64,000 nucleotides of DNA from an uncultured Bacteroidota bacterium. Its GTDB lineage: Bacteria > Bacteroidota > Ignavibacteria > UBA10030 > UBA6906. Below are positions 63,042 through 64,000 of the stretch, piece after piece. A program made the translations under genes and the position numbers. The notes beneath the pieces were generated by a model. That model was not told the origin of the DNA. It made no database searches and worked only from the letters and a program-made list of their open reading frames with translations. How positions within the stretch are numbered: the stretch's first letter is position 1; each line of letters begins with the position of its first letter. The stretch is taken from assembly GCA_963700635.1 (NCBI GenBank), contig CAVOYH010000003.1:352001-416000 (forward strand), in the 5' to 3' direction.

Positions 63042-64000
63042 ATGACGTTCCTCAATCCCCTAGTGTTGTTTGGACTCGCAGCGGCTGCCATCCCGATTCT
63101 GCTCCACCTGCTGAATCTTCGCAAACTCAAGACAGTTCAATTCAGCACACTGCGGTTCCTTCATGAGATCCAGCGCACACGCATGCGAAGAATCCGGCTC
63201 CGGCAGTGGATTCTGCTGGTGGTGCGTACCCTGCTTATCCTCTTTCTTGTCCTTGCATTTTCCCGGCCCACGCTCAAAGGCTCGCTCGCCGGTCTGGGCT
63301 CATCTACCGCCCGGTCCACAATCATCATCCTTGTTGATGATTCCCCCAGCATGGGAATACGTAACACGGAAGGAATCATCTTTGACCAGGCCCGTACAAC
63401 GATCCTGCAGATTGCCGGACTCGCAAAACCCGGTGATGATCTTCACATTCTGCGTCTTTCCGGATCAGCAGCCGGTGATTCCTCGGGAACCTTCTGGTCT
63501 GCTGAAGGAGCGATAAAGACTGCGCACTCTATGTCCCTGTCCAATCGATCCTCCAGGTACGACCACCTTCTCCGGCGCGCACTGGATATTGCAGAAAAAT
63601 CTTCAACGGCCAATCGGGAAATCTATCTGCTGACGGATCTCCAGGGGACACAGTTTACAACGGCTCTGGAAAAGGCGGACTCGTCCGCACGGACCCAGCA
63701 GAACGTGCGCGTCTTTGTCGTGGCATATGATCAGATGAATCTGGCGAATGCAGCCGTGACTTCGTGTACAATTGAGAGCCGGATCCTTGCGCAAAACAGG
63801 CCCATGACGATTAACGCCACCGTGAGGAATTACGGTGACCAGCCGATGCAGAACAGCGTTGTAAGTCTTTATCTTGATGGGACCCGCGTTGCGCAGCAGA
63901 CTGTCGACCTTGCCTCCCGTGGCTCCGCGGCGGTAACGCTGACCGCAATTCCGCATCGGCGGGGAATTCTGGGAGGACGTATTCGTATCGAAGACGACAT
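63042..64000 (+). CDS. BatA domain plus vWA domain protein; 3'-truncated by the window edge
   Basis: MTFLNP..L.GL....IPILLHL....FSTLRFL...AFSRP BatA motif; DDSPSM MIDAS; LLTDLQ. Confidence 0.88.
   Translation, partial: MTFLNPLVLFGLAAAAIPILLHLLNLRKLKTVQFSTLRFLHEIQRTRMRRIRLRQWILLVVRTLLILFLVLAFSRPTLKGSLAGLGSSTARSTIIILVDDSPSMGIRNTEGIIFDQARTTILQIAGLAKPGDDLHILRLSGSAAGDSSGTFWSAEGAIKTAHSMSLSNRSSRYDHLLRRALDIAEKSSTANREIYLLTDLQGTQFTTALEKADSSARTQQNVRVFVVAYDQMNLANAAVTSCTIESRILAQNRPMTINATVRNYGDQPMQNSVVSLYLDGTRVAQQTVDLASRGSAAVTLTAIPHRRGILGGRIRIEDD

Overview
A 64 kb chromosomal window from a moderately GC-rich bacterium. T9SS C-terminal sorting domains, a PorV-like barrel, a BatA protein and E. coli-like TTGACA/TATAAT promoters suggest the Ignavibacteria/Chlorobi side of the FCB group (inference). 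In order, it contains: (1) a sugar locus (partial glycoside hydrolase, GH38, esterase, ROK kinase, frameshifted mannose-6-P isomerase, lgt, DUF4185); (2) a trxB/atypical thioredoxin pair, a DUF1059 protein, a PpiC-type chaperone and a double-HTH regulator; (3) a tightly coupled minus-strand run tkt-rpiB-tal-ppgK, two beta-propeller/PAS/HisKA_2 kinases and a CMD protein, preceded by trmH, an unannotated 56-aa membrane ORF, dsbD and pgi; (4) T9SS cargo genes (M14 peptidase; OB-fold plus PLD/Nuc protein) divergent from a TonB-dependent receptor; (5) a class V aminotransferase and DUF1015; (6) a CI/LexA-like repressor divergent from DUF72 with a clear operator/promoter layout; (7) an apparently catalytically dead RAYT-like HUH protein with a Ser-rich tandem-repeat tail; (8) a cluster with no recognisable SusD (variant-CTD protein, OB-fold T9SS protein, lipoprotein, TBDT, PorV-like barrel, propeller lipoprotein, patatin-Omp85); (9) a partial BatA/vWA gene. 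I saw no rRNA, tRNA, CRISPR array or prophage. The best candidates for undescribed biology are the PorV/TBDT/OB-fold cluster (possibly extracellular nucleic acid uptake), the non-canonical SOS-like switch and the domesticated RAYT. All product calls come from reading motifs by eye, not from database searches.
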